Positions 22,826 through 34,994 of a stretch of DNA of 55,594 nt are shown here, piece after piece. The notes beneath the pieces are model-generated. The model was not told where the DNA came from and ran no database searches. It saw only the letters and a program-made list of their open reading frames with translations. This stretch comes from Macrostomum lignano (Eukaryota), in assembly GCA_002269645.1 (NCBI GenBank), contig NIVC01003092.1, forward strand, positions 1-55,594, given 5' to 3'. The number at the start of each line of letters is the position of its first letter. Position 1 is the stretch's first letter. Made by a program: the position numbers and the translations under genes.

Positions 22826-22959
22826 GCTTGCAGGAGTAGCTTGATTGTCGGCCTTCAATTTTTTGTATTCTTCGTGAACAAGGGAGGCTGATAAATAGCT
22901 ATTTAACTTGGCCTTTGACTACTGAAATTCCAAAATAGTTACTCAGTTTTTTATAGACT

Positions 22960-23150
22960 TGCAGGCGGGAAGCAGGGTGCGGTTGCTGCTACTTGTTTTC
23001 TGGGAGCTGCTTCTGAGAAGACGCTTGCTAGAGACTAAATCAAGTAGACGTGGAAGAAAGTCTGAGCAGAGGCGGGTTCGCAGCCAATCCCAGACTTGAG
23101 CTGTCCTCATGGCTCAGGAACTATCGATCTATCTATCGATGATTCTATTG
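22960..23150 (-). promoter_or_regulatory. Conserved upstream block of B3 with a CCAAT box (23084-23088)
   Basis: Homologous to 17845-18045. Confidence 0.6.
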
Positions 23151-24084
23151 GAGTTTCCTGAATAATAAGAATTACGAGCGTATAAATTCAAGAGGGTCGC
23201 CTGTGGCACACGCAGAATCGCCAGATAATTTTCGTGTCCAACACCAAATTAATGCAGGAATCAAATCAGGATTCGTGGTGGGTTCGTTGCACCAGAGCCA
23301 GAAGCGTTTTCTCCTGTGCTTCTGCTTAGAACTTTCTTAAACCAAGGACAGAGCTGCCTCACAATTCGAAACTTTCTTCTTTTTTCTACTTGCTGAAAAA
23401 ATCTACAAATATGTTACCTCGTATCAGCGTTTTGTTAATTTCGAATCGAATATAGTTTATCCTAGCAGTTGCACTTGCAGTAGATATCATTTCAGTTAGC
23501 AACAAATATATTAGAAAACAGGCATCCTCGCTGTTGGCAATAATTTTTTGGGATTAGCTTCAACTGTAACGACTAAAAGTACAAGAAATGTGTCTGTCGA
23601 CTTGAGATGAAATTTACCACATCTAGAAGAGTGTGCATCTCCCAAAAAAGATTCCTTTTTACTTTCTTTACTCTCTTCTTGTTTATTCCTCCAATTATCC
23701 GGTTTGAATTCGCATTCTTTCAAACAATTATTTTGCTACTCAAAGACTATAGATTCCATCAGCTTTCAACCGTCAAAGCATGGACCCTCCTAAAAACTGT
23801 TTACAAAAAATGTTTCCAGTTGTTTCCCAAGGATTCAAATTTACAAATTGTACAAGTACGAGCTAGTTCTGGCACCAAGTAGAAATGAAAGTTTCGAATG
23901 TTTATCAGGCACTTAAATCCAACTGGTTGCATGGGTACTATATTGAATAATAATTAAGGATTATTAATTATTAATTAATGAGTTATAATTATTGGTTTTC
24001 ACAGCTACTATAAGTTTGCTGGAATTGCCAAGCAGTTACTGTAGGGTCCCACGACTTGAAAGATCTCTCTCTGACTACCAACAT

Positions 24085-26070
24085 TGGCTTGCGATTTTCG
24101 ACCGTTTCGCACTACCAAGGTACATCATCAGGTTTAATCTACAATGATCGGGAAACTGTTAAAACGAACCGAGACTAGTTATACCGCGTAAATAGTGTCT
24201 AGACGTTTGGGCTTATAACAGCATTCAGGATGGTTGAAGGCAATCGTGGGGAGAAACTATAAGTAGCTACAGGTACGAGTAGGTTGGGTAAACGGCACAA
24301 TGTTGCAAGAATGTAAAGATGTCAGTGATGTGGTGAGCGTACTCTCAGCACACTACGGAAACGTGAGCTGCATAAGCTGGGTAGTTGTAGCCTTCCGCGT
24401 TGGCTTCCGGCTAAAACGAGTGAAAAAAACAAAAAAGCATGTGATCCCTGCTCTGAAAAAAGTCGATGCTACACCGGAGACGAACAATATCGATTTTTTC
24501 ATCCAACCTGTGGACCTCCGCAGTTTTACAAAGGACTGTTTCGTTTGGTAGCTGCGGAAGCTGCCGAAAAAATTTCCAGAGCCCGTCCTGCGCTGTGGTC
24601 TTGCCTGAACCCATGAGGAGAGAGGAAAAGATAAGAGACCGGAGCTAACACAATTTTCTCACTTTTTAAATTCGATGTTATCCGGTAGCAGGACGATTTT
24701 TTTTTACATACGCTCTAGATCTGCACTCTGCACCTGTTGGGCATTCTTGACTTCACTGCATTGAAAACCCAGCAAGACACGGTGGATAATACGCTAAAAA
24801 ACCACAGGCAAGTTTTAAAAATAAAATCAGCATTCAATCTTTTGACCGAATATGCCTTTTGTTCCTGCTCCTTTTGTTAAACTCACCCACCCTCCTCGCA
24901 CTGTGTGATTCTTGCTTCATCCGCCGCGTGCATGGAGAGTGAGGAAAGGAAATACCGATAGACCAGCGCCATCACTACTGCCCTCCTCGGTCAGAATCGA
25001 TATTTTACCGAAGCTAAATATCGATTTAGGTTTCGGAAAGATACGAGTACAATACTTTTTTGCAGGACTTGGCGTAGATTTTGAATCTTAATCAAATCAA
25101 ATAATCAAATAAGTCACATGAAGAGGCGCAGTGCAATTGCTGGCACAAAATAATCTTTCTGACTTACCATTAAAACATCACCTGGAGCCGCCGAATTTTT
25201 CCCAGAAGCAACTCCAACTGCTTCTGGTATTTTGTTGAGTTGCGGAGTTTAATCGGTCTGTGATTTTGCATCCGGTTGGATACTCATTTAGACTAAGAGT
25301 AGCGTTTTCCAACAGATTGGAAACTGGAACCTTGCAGTACTGCAGCGGGGCTGTTGCTTCAGAAGCTGATAGATTACAAACATTTTCTGCACAAACATTT
25401 TCTCTAGTCATCGAATACTCCAGCAACTAGCTCGCATTTGACCTGTTTCACCTGCCTTGATTTTGTCTTCTTATAACGCATCATCCCGCGGCACCGAAGA
25501 CCGCAAGCAGACTTGCTATCTGTTCGCAGTTCAACTTGTCTCAGATCCCTATGATTCATATAAGAATCGACCGACTCCATTAGGAATTCGGTCACAATGC
25601 TTCTCATTTGCTCATTTTTATTTTTAAATCCTGATGATCTTCGGAGCTAAATGAGCTGCGGAGGCCATCAAATACCTAAGCAGTCCTCGTTGCATGGCTG
25701 CCATGCCCGGACCGAGCAGAGGCAAAGGAAAATCATTCAAATATGCGCTCGTAGAAGAGCAGCCCTAGCCATTGTTCGGGCTGACAAGGTCGAGTTTAAA
25801 GTTTAAAGTTTGAGATCCACAATGACTATCAGTTTTGTCCAGCTGTATGGTGACAGCATTCCTGCCGGTACCTCGGTGAAAATCGGTAATCTTCGGCGAG
25901 AATAGGTCAAATTTGTACACCGGCACACAAACTTTTTCTTTTTTATATACTCAGATACTCTCTGATTGCAACAAAGATATATTAGCTGTCATAATCCTTA
26001 ATTATTGTTCCACACCTTTGAAACCAGTTGGATTTAAGTGCCTGATTAAGATTATAAACGTTAACTTCTA
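24085..26070. repeat. Segmental duplication, copy 2 (upstream flank of B3), including a more decayed copy of the gypsy RNase H relic (~25700-25890)
   Basis: Colinear similarity to 18200-20110. Confidence 0.85.
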
Positions 26071-26145
26071 CCTGAAGCCAGAACTTTTGCATGTATTGGG
26101 TGCTTCGGCGCATTCTCTCCCTGGGCTTGTAGATGAAGAGCTTGA

Positions 26146-26338
26146 AGGTGAGATAATGCACAATCAGATAGATGAGACACCTGCTCCCGCCCGGCATGAA
26201 GATGAGATAATGCACAATCAGATAGATGAGACACCTGCTTCCGCCCGGCATCAAGATGAGATGATGCACAATCAGATAGATGAGACACCTGCTCCCGCCC
26301 GGCATGAAGATGAGATCATGCACAATCAGATAGATGAT
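26146..26338 (+). repeat. 54-bp tandem repeat, about 3.5 copies; frame-preserving (MHNQIDETPAPARHEDEI)
   Basis: atgcacaatcagatagatgagacacctgctcccgcccggcatgaagatgagata repeated; lies within ORF 25913-26359. Confidence 0.9.
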
Positions 26339-28369
26339 AAGATAATACAGCTTATTTAAATAGTTTCAATTGTTTTTTGTTACTAATCATAATTATCTAT
26401 ATCTTCTGCCATCGCAATCTGCATATTTTTAAGCCATTCCATGCGATATCTCTAGAAACTGTTGTCTGTTTCTGTTTGACCCAATTCCAGCCATCCTTGT
26501 CGGTTACCGATGCACCAAATTCAGAGAGTTTCTGCCGTGGACTTGAGAAATCTCTCCAGTTTGATTCGGGACTTGATGGGACATGATGGGACTTGACATG
26601 GAGACATGGGGCCGTCTGCTCGCTTGTGGTTAGATTAAAATCACTTTAGAATAGCATGCCGCAACTGCAGAATACACCATAACGCCCAGTCGCCTGGCGG
26701 AACGCGTATTGAATTAAAATTCTTTAGATGCTACTTTTCCTGTGGTGATTAATAAGTAGTTTTAATACTACTTAACTGTTTCAGTAAGAGAGCTGTAACT
26801 GCTTCAATAAATTTTACTACCTGGTGTATGGTTTTACGTCAACAACAAAAGCATTTGTTACAGCGACTTGAATGTCCTTTTTGCTCAATTGTAGAATCCT
26901 AATTTGAAAAAAAACATTCTAAATGTAAAGGACGTTGAAAGCTTTCTCCCTTACTTTGACTGCTTGCAAGGGATCCTGCTCAATGGTACGCTGTGTGGTT
27001 TCTAGCTCATAAAAGCGCAAGCACTTGCACCAAGGTTATCTATAAATGTAGCTTTTTGCAGCCCATTTGGACTTAAGTATAAGATAATAGCTTTATAATG
27101 CGCATTCTGTGGTCAGAAAGTCTGAGGTCGCATATAATGGCCTCGAGGCGAGCTATTTTATAGTATGTAAACTTCACTTACGCCAAACTGCATGGATTTC
27201 AATGAGCAGGACGATTAGCAAAATTTCAAATGCCATAGACAAATGTATACAGTATTGGAAAATTACTGAAGGCACACACAAGCTGATTAGCTGGAAGCAG
27301 GCTTTAACCACTTTTCAACTCGTGCTATACGTCGATCTTGACGAAATCGATTTGTCGTTCGACCAATTATTTATGGATATGGAGCCAGCTTAAGATGCGA
27401 CCAGAGTCAATAACGATGACACACCTACGAGACCGCTTGATAATAATACTGACGGCTGAAGATTTACAACGACATCTGGACGACATCTAAAGGCATCTCG
27501 TTTGCAGGCTCGACCTATGGCTGAGACTTCTCAGTGATGGTACTATCCCTAGAACTGTTTTGTCTCTGGTTGTCTCCAGCTCTCAACAGATTGACGTTTG
27601 CGTTAAACCTCTTGGATCGACAGGTCAGGATACTGTACCAACTAGCTGCTGAGAAAAAACAAACGTTCTGTCGACAAGGTGGATATTGACGGTGAGAGGG
27701 TTGTGGTGTTTTTGAAGTGAATCTAGTAAAAAATTCGATGAACTTTGGTTGAAGCTAGTTGATCAAACTTTTATTTACTTTTATCTTGATTATTTGCTAT
27801 TTTGTATATGTACGAGTATATAAATATGTTTTACTTCCTGAAGACACTTTTGCTTTATGTTGCATCATGCATCATGTGCATCATGGACTTACGGACCATA
27901 TACCAACAAGCGCACTGGTCTTGCTGACAGCAAGCCCATTTTCTAAATAATGGATAAATAATCAGCGGTCCCAGTGAGTGACAACGATTGTCTGGCGAGC
28001 GCCTACCGGCGTCGGCTTTGCATTGTTTTTCTGTTTGACAATCCTACAGACAATGCATTGTTTGTGGTAATGATTGTTCTGCATAAAATATGCAAATAAT
28101 GATCGTCAAATTGCTAAACAATGGTCTAGTAATACTTGAGTGTGGCCATAGACAAGCCCATTTCCGAAAAATAAGTGGACTATTATACGAGCTTTTTTGG
28201 CGTAAGTGGAGTTTAATTTTTTAGTATTTGATAGAATATTCATCTTTTCACGATGCATGTTAACCAAACCTATTAGCGAGTCATCGTGTAGAGCAAGGCT
28301 TGCAGAGAACCGGTAGCTACCGTTGGTAAATTTAGCTCAATATTGATAGAATCAGGAAAATGAAAATCA

Positions 28370-28550
28370 GAAAGTCAGCTGCCTTGCAGGCTTGAGTCCT
28401 TATCGTCCAGGCATCCAGGCACTCCAGCGCTATACGTTTTTACGTTTATTTCTGTGGATGGCTCGGGAACTCGTCTTGCACCTCGTAATTAGGGACGGAC
28501 TGTGCCGGGATTCGCGAAGCCACCTCACGCACCGGTTTGAGGTTTGAGAT
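28370..28550 (+). repeat. Dispersed repeat shared with 33640-33900 (partly also 20420-20525)
   Basis: aaaatcagaaagtc.gctgcctt.caggct...ttatcgt.cag...gactgtgccgggattcgcg is present at both main sites. Confidence 0.7.
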
Positions 28551-28571
28551 TGAATTGCAGAACTATCCCGA

Positions 28572-28648
28572 AATGACGCCTTACAGGAATCGAACCAGCG
28601 TTCTTTGATAAAGGCTGCGACGCATTACTGCATATAATCCAGCTACCT
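28572..28648 (-). mobile_element. tRNA-derived SINE head relic
   Basis: Minus strand ggtagctgg...ggttcgattcc gives a B-box GGTTCGATTCC. Confidence 0.4.
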
Positions 28649-28770
28649 TGCTGGAATATGCTTGCTATGATGTAGCCGTGCATTGTGGGCTTGAGCAGCT
28701 ACTCAGTAAAGCTGGGATATTTTGGCACAGATAGTTAATTGCACAACCGGCTGATGCTGCTCCATTGCAG

Positions 28771-29005
28771 ACAGCAGCACAGGTAGAAACGGCTCAATCC
28801 AAAGCGTCGTCATCAGCATGACCGGCTGCTACCTGATCAAAGATGCCAGCGCAAAAGTAGGCAGAAACTTACTGACTTGCACATCCGGAGTCTGCCTGAC
28901 AGCCGGTGCACAGCTGAACACCGTTGTTGGACGGATGGGCGGCTCGACCTCCTTGGATTTGGAAGGAGGCGGCGGTGGCGGCAGCTTCGTTTTCCAGACG
29001 AGCAT
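28771..29005 (+). pseudogene. Isolated, degraded exon 3 of family B
   Basis: Conserved acceptor ccattgcag|acagcagcacaggtagaaacgg. Translates TGCYLIKDASAKVGRNLLTCTSG[deletion]LTAGAQLNTVVGRMGGSTSLDLEGGGGGGSF and is then truncated; no flanking exons. Confidence 0.9.
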
Positions 29006-29622
29006 CGCAGCAACATGAGCGGTAAAATAATTTCCTTTAATCAAAGTGAATTTGCTGTTAGTAGTACGAGCGTGTCATTAGTCAAACAGTGCAGTGCCGA
29101 ATGCATTTTATTTAATGGGTATTTTTGTTCTAAACGCTACAGGTCTGTACTTAGTAGTTCCGTACCAAGAGCATGCGCTTCTTTCCAACCTAGGTTTAAA
29201 ACGAATAAAGAGCCTACACCAATTTTATACATTTTATTTACCTGTACATATTTAGTATTTACTAGAATCGATCACACACATACACCTACCTACCGACTGA
29301 CCATTTTTAGTATTGGGAAGTAAATCAATTGTTATTCAAAAGTTGCTGAGATGCCGTGACTCAAGGGAATGCTGATTTCTTGACTAGAAAGATTGGCTGC
29401 TCATACTGTTTAAACCTTATAAATATCAGAGAAAAGCAATGACTGTACAAGGCATTTTACGTTTTTTATTGGCAAACGAGAGCTTTAATTTAAAAGGCTT
29501 GACATCTGCGACTGTGGTAATGTCAGTCAGCCTTTCTAACCTCACACAAGCCCTAATATTAAGCTTCGTCATTCTTCCAATGCCTAAAAAGACAAGCCCT
29601 GTAATATGAGTACATCAATTGA

Positions 29623-30378
29623 TCAACGCCCGTAGATCTCGACTTCACACAGGTTCATAGGTTTTTCCTGCAGGTTGACAATTCTGACTTTGCTGCCAAA
29701 AGCCTTGCAGGTGAAGCTGACCACAGAGAACGGCACCGTCAGGTCCACCCGGTTGCACTCGACACCGTCAGCAATCAGCGACAGCTTGTTGAGGCGGTTT
29801 ATGCAGCAATCAACTCTGTTGTAGATGGTGACGTGCGAGATGAAGGCAGGTCTGGCCAGCTGGCCTTCCCACCAGCCCTTTGCTCTATTAGCCGTATGAC
29901 TACAAAATCCTGAGTTCTGATTTTTGACTCCATCGATGGCCTTCCCGCACACTGAGCCGTATTCAACCGAGCTCTGCTGGCAGCTGATGAATCTCAGCTT
30001 GGCTTTGTCTGCTATGTCCCAGAGTTCCTTTCAGTTATTTTATTGATTCATACCAAAACTCGGGCGGGTTCGCAGTGAGGACTCACCAGTCAGCATGATG
30101 TGCAGGTCGCACTCATTCGAGCTGTGCCAAGTGCCGTTTTCAAAAGCCCACAGATCGAAGAAGCGGCAGAGGCCCCGCAGCAGGCTGAAGCCGAAGCAGG
30201 CGGGTCTCAGGGCGCAGAGCGATGCGCACTCCAGGCTGACGCTGCCTGGCGCAGAGTCCGTGACTGTCGGAGCCACCGCACTGCGAGTTCTGACAGTCTG
30301 GAACAGGCTTTGAGTCGATATCGGCATGAAGAAGAGGGCTGCACTGAGCAGCAGCTGCAGTGAGCGTTTTGGCTTCAT
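29623..30378 (-). CDS. A2: secreted PAN/apple-like + F-type lectin (fucolectin) domain protein, 225 aa, intact
   Basis: Exons 30378-30087 and 30008-29623; 678 nt, open frame. Signal peptide MKPKRSLQLLLSAALFFMPISTQS. F-lectin features AIDG, CSHT, WW and an exact H-x26-R-x-D-x4-R (HT...RVDCCINR). Confidence 0.92.
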
Positions 30379-31981
30379 TCGATGCTGTGCGTGGATAAAA
30401 CAAGGTTTCCTTAAAAGATCGGCCTTTTAGACATGTTTTAACTCTGCGTGCGCGCTCCATTGGAGAAAGGCTCCATCATTGGTCGAATTGGTTGAGCTTG
30501 TAGTTGAGATGCTTCACGGCTATTGGTGGGAGTCGCGCAATAGTCATGCAGTAGGTATTTTAAACTGTGTTTAGTGCAGAAATACAGTTTTGTACAAGTT
30601 TTTTTGTTTATTGTTTGTCTCCAATCTCAAATGATCATCGGCTTCATTAGACAATAGACCCACTGGTGGGAACAGTTCCATCGTGAGTAGAACTCTTTGT
30701 TTCAAATTCGAATTCAGCAAAAAGTTTCATCTACAGTTGAATGAATCCCCGACAGAAGCGCAAGATCAAGTTCTAGCACTGCCCAGACACCTCAGATGAA
30801 TACCAATTTACAAGTTCGCTGCTGGCGATAATAAACTGGCTACCTGAATATTTACTTAATCAAGAATAATTTTGATTTGGCGTGTCTAGAAAACTCCAGA
30901 AAATATCTGGTACGATATAACGACAAGCGGCTGGTGACATACAGGTACAAATCGATTGTGTTCAAGGTTAGTTTTACTGCAACAGGTGTAGTGTGTTTCA
31001 AATGCGTAGTTGATTAGTTCAGCAAAGGTTCCAGACCTGCGTGCCAATGGGTCCCTCTTTGTACACAGAAAAGCTGCACAATTTTTGTCAAGATCAAAAG
31101 AAAACTTTATAACCCTCATGTGTTGGGAAGTGAGCGAAACAGAAGCAGCATAGAAGTCAAGCTAATCTTAACATTCCTAGCTCTGCAGCAACGAAGGCGA
31201 ATACGTTGAAAAGTAGCTCGCCTATGATATTATCTGACAGAAGTTCCAGGCGATGTTTCAGGTGCAGCACAATGGCAGAGATCGTGCGTAAGGAATTAAA
31301 ACAACCAAAGTTATAAAATCTCCTGCACCTGTTCCCTTTATTACTGATGATAACTCTTGCGTCTCTTCTCTTGAATTGAATCGTAAATACTCGTGATGAA
31401 ACTGTGGTCAGCAAAATCAAGTGTCTTTTGTTGCTAAATTTTCCAAGACTTGAAATCTACCGAGACAGATAAAAGCAACCAAGCTCAATTGTGAGTCGAT
31501 AGCGGGAAACCTGTTACAAAAGTATCAGGAAAAATCGATCAATTAGAAGTAGACCAAAAAAAACAATTGAACCGGTGCCAGCATTAAATCGCATATTCCA
31601 AATTTAAGTTGCGAGTTAGGGTTAGGGTTTGAGTTTGGGTTGGGCTCGTAGGGATGCAAAATATTTAATTTTTATCACTATCAGAAACTTTCTCAAGGAA
31701 GATAAAATAGAATAAATTGTCAGCGTTAGCATGAAAACAACCAAAAGCTCACTAAATCAATACATCTGCTCTATGAATACATCTTCGTTATTGTTCAGTC
31801 AAGTTAATACGTAAAAACAACCTATGGAATTCATTCGACGCTCGTATGGCTACTGAGAAATAATCGAGCAGCAGCATCAGGTGTCCAAGTCGCAGGTGGC
31901 TGAGGCCGACTCCAGCAGGACGAACACGAAGCCCTGGACGCCGGTCCAGGTCCCGCCGAAGACGCAGCCGCCCCGGCAGAA

Positions 31982-32209
31982 CCGCCGCAGCCGCCAATGT
32001 GGCCCTGACCCAGTCTGGCCCCGCCGACGCTGAAGCCACCGCCGCAGCCGCCAATGTGGCCCTGACCCAGTCTGGCCCCGCCGACGCTGAAGCCACCGCC
32101 GCAGCCGCCAATGTGGCCCCGACCCAGTCTGGCCCCGCCGACGCTGAAGCCACCGCCGCAGCCGCCAATGTGGCCCTGACCCAGTCTGGCTCCGCCGACG
32201 CTGAAGCCA
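31982..32209. repeat. 4 x 57-bp tandem duplication inside psi-B4 (GGGFSVGGARLGQGHIGGC)
   Basis: Units start at 31982, 32039, 32096 and 32153. Confidence 0.95.
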
Positions 32210-32510
32210 CCGCGGGTCCATCGAAGACGCTGCCGTCTCCGGCGCTGCCGCCGAACCAGACATCGGCCAGACGACTGCCGCTTCTCTTTTACTCTCTCCG
32301 AGCAGCCTGCCTGGGGCAACTCGGCCCTGCCGAGTTAGCGGGCTCCGCAGCCGCCGTGGTGCTAGCGGAGGTGTGTTAGTGGGGTTTTTGACGTCCGGCT
32401 GACCGTTGATGCCACCGAATCCCGCGTTGAGGCTGTAGCCGTCCAGTCCGTCGAAACCGTCAATTCCAGCCTCACCCGGTTGTTCTACGGTGAAATCCAT
32501 CAATCTGCTT

Positions 32511-32869
32511 TTTTTAGAGGCAGGGGGTTGTGTGCACCCTGGCGCACTTTAAGCGACATAGGCACACAACCGGCGAGAGGCATTACTGCCCATTCCGCCG
32601 ACTCCCTTGAGCAGGCATACAAGCGCGCGGATACGTACGCAGGCACACACTCACACAGGAGTGTACAGCGGCCCTAACTTTATATTATCGTTAGGCATGT
32701 ACACTTTACTGCGCCTTGGGGGGGTTGGCTCTCAAGGCCGTTAATTTCACGAGCAGAGCCAAGCCGAGATTCCAGTTCAGCCCCAAATTAATGTGACTGC
32801 ACTTGGAATCGAGCCTGGGTCGCTGGCACACCAGAGCAGCTGCGCTACCGCTGGGCTACGGCCCCCCAT
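32511..32869 (-). mobile_element. Full-length tRNA-derived SINE (~360 bp) with A-tail and 13-bp TSD
   Basis: TSD catcaatctgctt at 32498-32510 and 32870-32882. The minus-strand head ggggccgTAGCCCAGCGGtagcgc...GGCTCGATTCC carries A and B boxes; the 3' end is an oligo-A. Confidence 0.88.
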
Positions 32870-33639
32870 CATCAATCTGCTTACTCGGGTGGTTGCGGAT
32901 TTTCATAATTTACAATTCAAGCAACTGCTGCCACTGAGATCACCATTTGATTGAAGGAGGCCTCGGTGCCTCCTCTGATAGTTTGATTGTCAGCCTTCAT
33001 TTCTTGCGATTTTCTTGAACAAAGGCTCGAGAAATAGCTATTTTACCTGACAACTAAAATTCCAAATCGATATTGAGTTGTTTGAGGTGCCCTGCTTCAG
33101 CGGGCTGCTGCGATTAATGAGTGAGAAATTGACGCAGCTGCAGTCTGGTGCACCAGAGTGGCAGAATTCAAGCTAAGTCTGAGACAGCTCCATCAATAGA
33201 TGATTCTGGGTGCTGCTACTCAGAAGTGAGCTCCATTGTTATGGAGACCCAGAAGCTTTTATGCGTTTCCTGAAAAAATTCCTTACTTTTCAACTAAAAA
33301 AAAATCAGTGATTAAATCTGCCTTAAAGAGAAAATATGCAACCGACAGCCCAGCAGCAGCTATTGCGGCTTTTCAACTACAGTTGTGACAGCCGTTAAAT
33401 CTTTCAATTAGTTTTGCACTGAAGCTCTACCACTGTATAAACTTTCAGTATAAATCTTAAAATGTCCTGACTGCCGTGAATGCTGTTGTTTTTCAGCAAT
33501 TTAGGAGCTTTTGCATCATTGCGCTGGTCATCTTCTAAAAGTTTTAACCAGGCATTCCTAACGTCCTTATTTGCGAGTCATTGTGCAGAGTTGGGGAACC
33601 TGTAGTTAGGTTTAGCTCGATAGAAAGAAAATCAGAAAA

Positions 33640-33990
33640 AAAGAAAAGCAGAAAGTCGGCTGCCTTCCAGGCTGAAGCCCTTATCGTACAGACAATCCAT
33701 CAATATAAAAAACTGGTGGTTCGTGTCAGCCAGGGCGGCGGGTGCTTTTCTTCTTTCGCCGCCCTGATAAAGGGTACAAGGACTACTTTTTACGTTGATT
33801 TCTGTGGTTGGCTGACGAACTCGATTTGCGATTAGGGACTGCAGACTGTGCCGGGATTCGCGCAGCGATCTCACGCCCCGGTTTCGATTCGTTTCGGCCG
33901 GTAAGGCAGAAGCCATCCTTCGCTCGTCCCCAAGATTGAGGGTAGCGAACGGGCAATTCCCTTTAGATAGATTTCTGAGACACGGCACAT
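33640..33990 (+). repeat. Dispersed repeat shared with 28370-28550 and 20420-20525
   Basis: Similarity read directly; includes an internally duplicated ggttcgt.tcagcc.g...ttcgccgccc segment. Confidence 0.65.
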
Positions 33991-34099
33991 AGCAACCCGA
34001 GTATTAGAATTCATGATTATATTTTCAACTGCTAATAAAAATACTTTTTGGAACTTAAATTTAAATCCTGCTGACTGAATTGTGATCCATCAGTGAGCC

Positions 34100-34375
34100 C
34101 TAGCGTGCAGTACGGAAGGGCGCAGATGCCAGATGCGTGCAGGAAGGCAACTGCAGGGAGCTGCAGCCGAGCGACCTTGGCATGGGCCGAAAGCAGAAAC
34201 TGAAAGACAGCTGAGCTCAAAAATCTGTTCCGCTCGTCTAAAAAACCTCTAGAAATTGTCTGGCCGGAAAAAAAGACGAGCGGCTTCGGACAGACGAGTG
34301 CATTCAGTGTTTATTAATAATTAGGAATTGAGAACTGTTTGAGTTGTCTGAGTTCCAAGTCTGTAGCAGTGAAAG
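34100..34375 (-). other. Conserved downstream element of B5
   Basis: Reverse-complement homolog of 10085-10345, near-identical over long stretches. Confidence 0.75.
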
Positions 34376-34994
34376 GTTCGAGAACCAGTTAAATAGCTGT
34401 TTAGTTAGGGATTAAGGAAAGAAACAGCAAAAATGTATTGACGAAAAATTGCTTACTCGCGTGAAAATAATTAAATTAATAGAAAATAACAAGTCTTGAG
34501 TAAAAAGCCACACAATAGTTATGCGCCTGAGTCTTATGTTAGAGACTTTAAAAGCCACTCACACTACTAGTGATGAGACGTTACTAAGTATTTTAGTTAG
34601 ATTTATAGAGTTACTTAACTCTGAAGTCCTACACTACCTACGAAGCTTGCATTACCAGTATTATTGTGTTAATAATTATGCTTTAAACAAATTGCCAACC
34701 TGGGAGAACGTATGGAAATTGAGAATTTGTAAACAGAAATTTATTACTGAAAATTAGAACTGCAGAATTAAATTATTTTAAAAATAGCCAACTCAGATTC
34801 ATTTTGTGTACTTTTATAAACGATAGTTCCACAAATATTTACTCCACTAATCGCTACCACGGCTCCCTTGCACGTAGCCTTTTTTCACACAGGACAAGCG
34901 ACAATGTTCACAGGAATAAGCAGTATTAATCAGTGATCGTCCGAGTTAAAACACGACTGGCCAATCCCCACTTCAAAAAGCGGTTTCTGTGACA

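Larger units (their letters stand above)
31877..32990 (-). pseudogene. psi-B4: family B pseudogene retaining exon 4 (32484-31877), intron 3 and the end of exon 3; exons 1-3 otherwise deleted
   Basis: Exon 4 has frameshifts, an internal deletion and a 4x57-bp duplication. 32883-32975 matches intron 3 and the exon-3 end, and joins directly to 5'-UTR-like sequence (tgatagtttgattgtc). Confidence 0.85.

Noticed and set aside
23511-23882. Possible Penelope/GIY-YIG endonuclease relic (KKESF/WEMHTL across a frameshift)
   Set aside because: The resemblance is too short and needs several frameshifts; it cannot be supported without a profile search.
24590-24614. MGSGKTT as a Walker A motif
   Set aside because: It lacks the first Gly of GxxxxGK[ST], is not conserved in the 18.7-kb copy, and straddles a probable splice acceptor.
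31615-31640. TTAGGG telomere-like motif
   Set aside because: Only two units; expected by chance.
32790-32869. Functional tRNA gene (also 7322-7408, 28572-28648, 39035-39098)
   Set aside because: A and B boxes are present, but no complete cloverleaf is evident; the 32.8-kb and 39.0-kb heads continue into SINE bodies and the other two are short degenerate relics.
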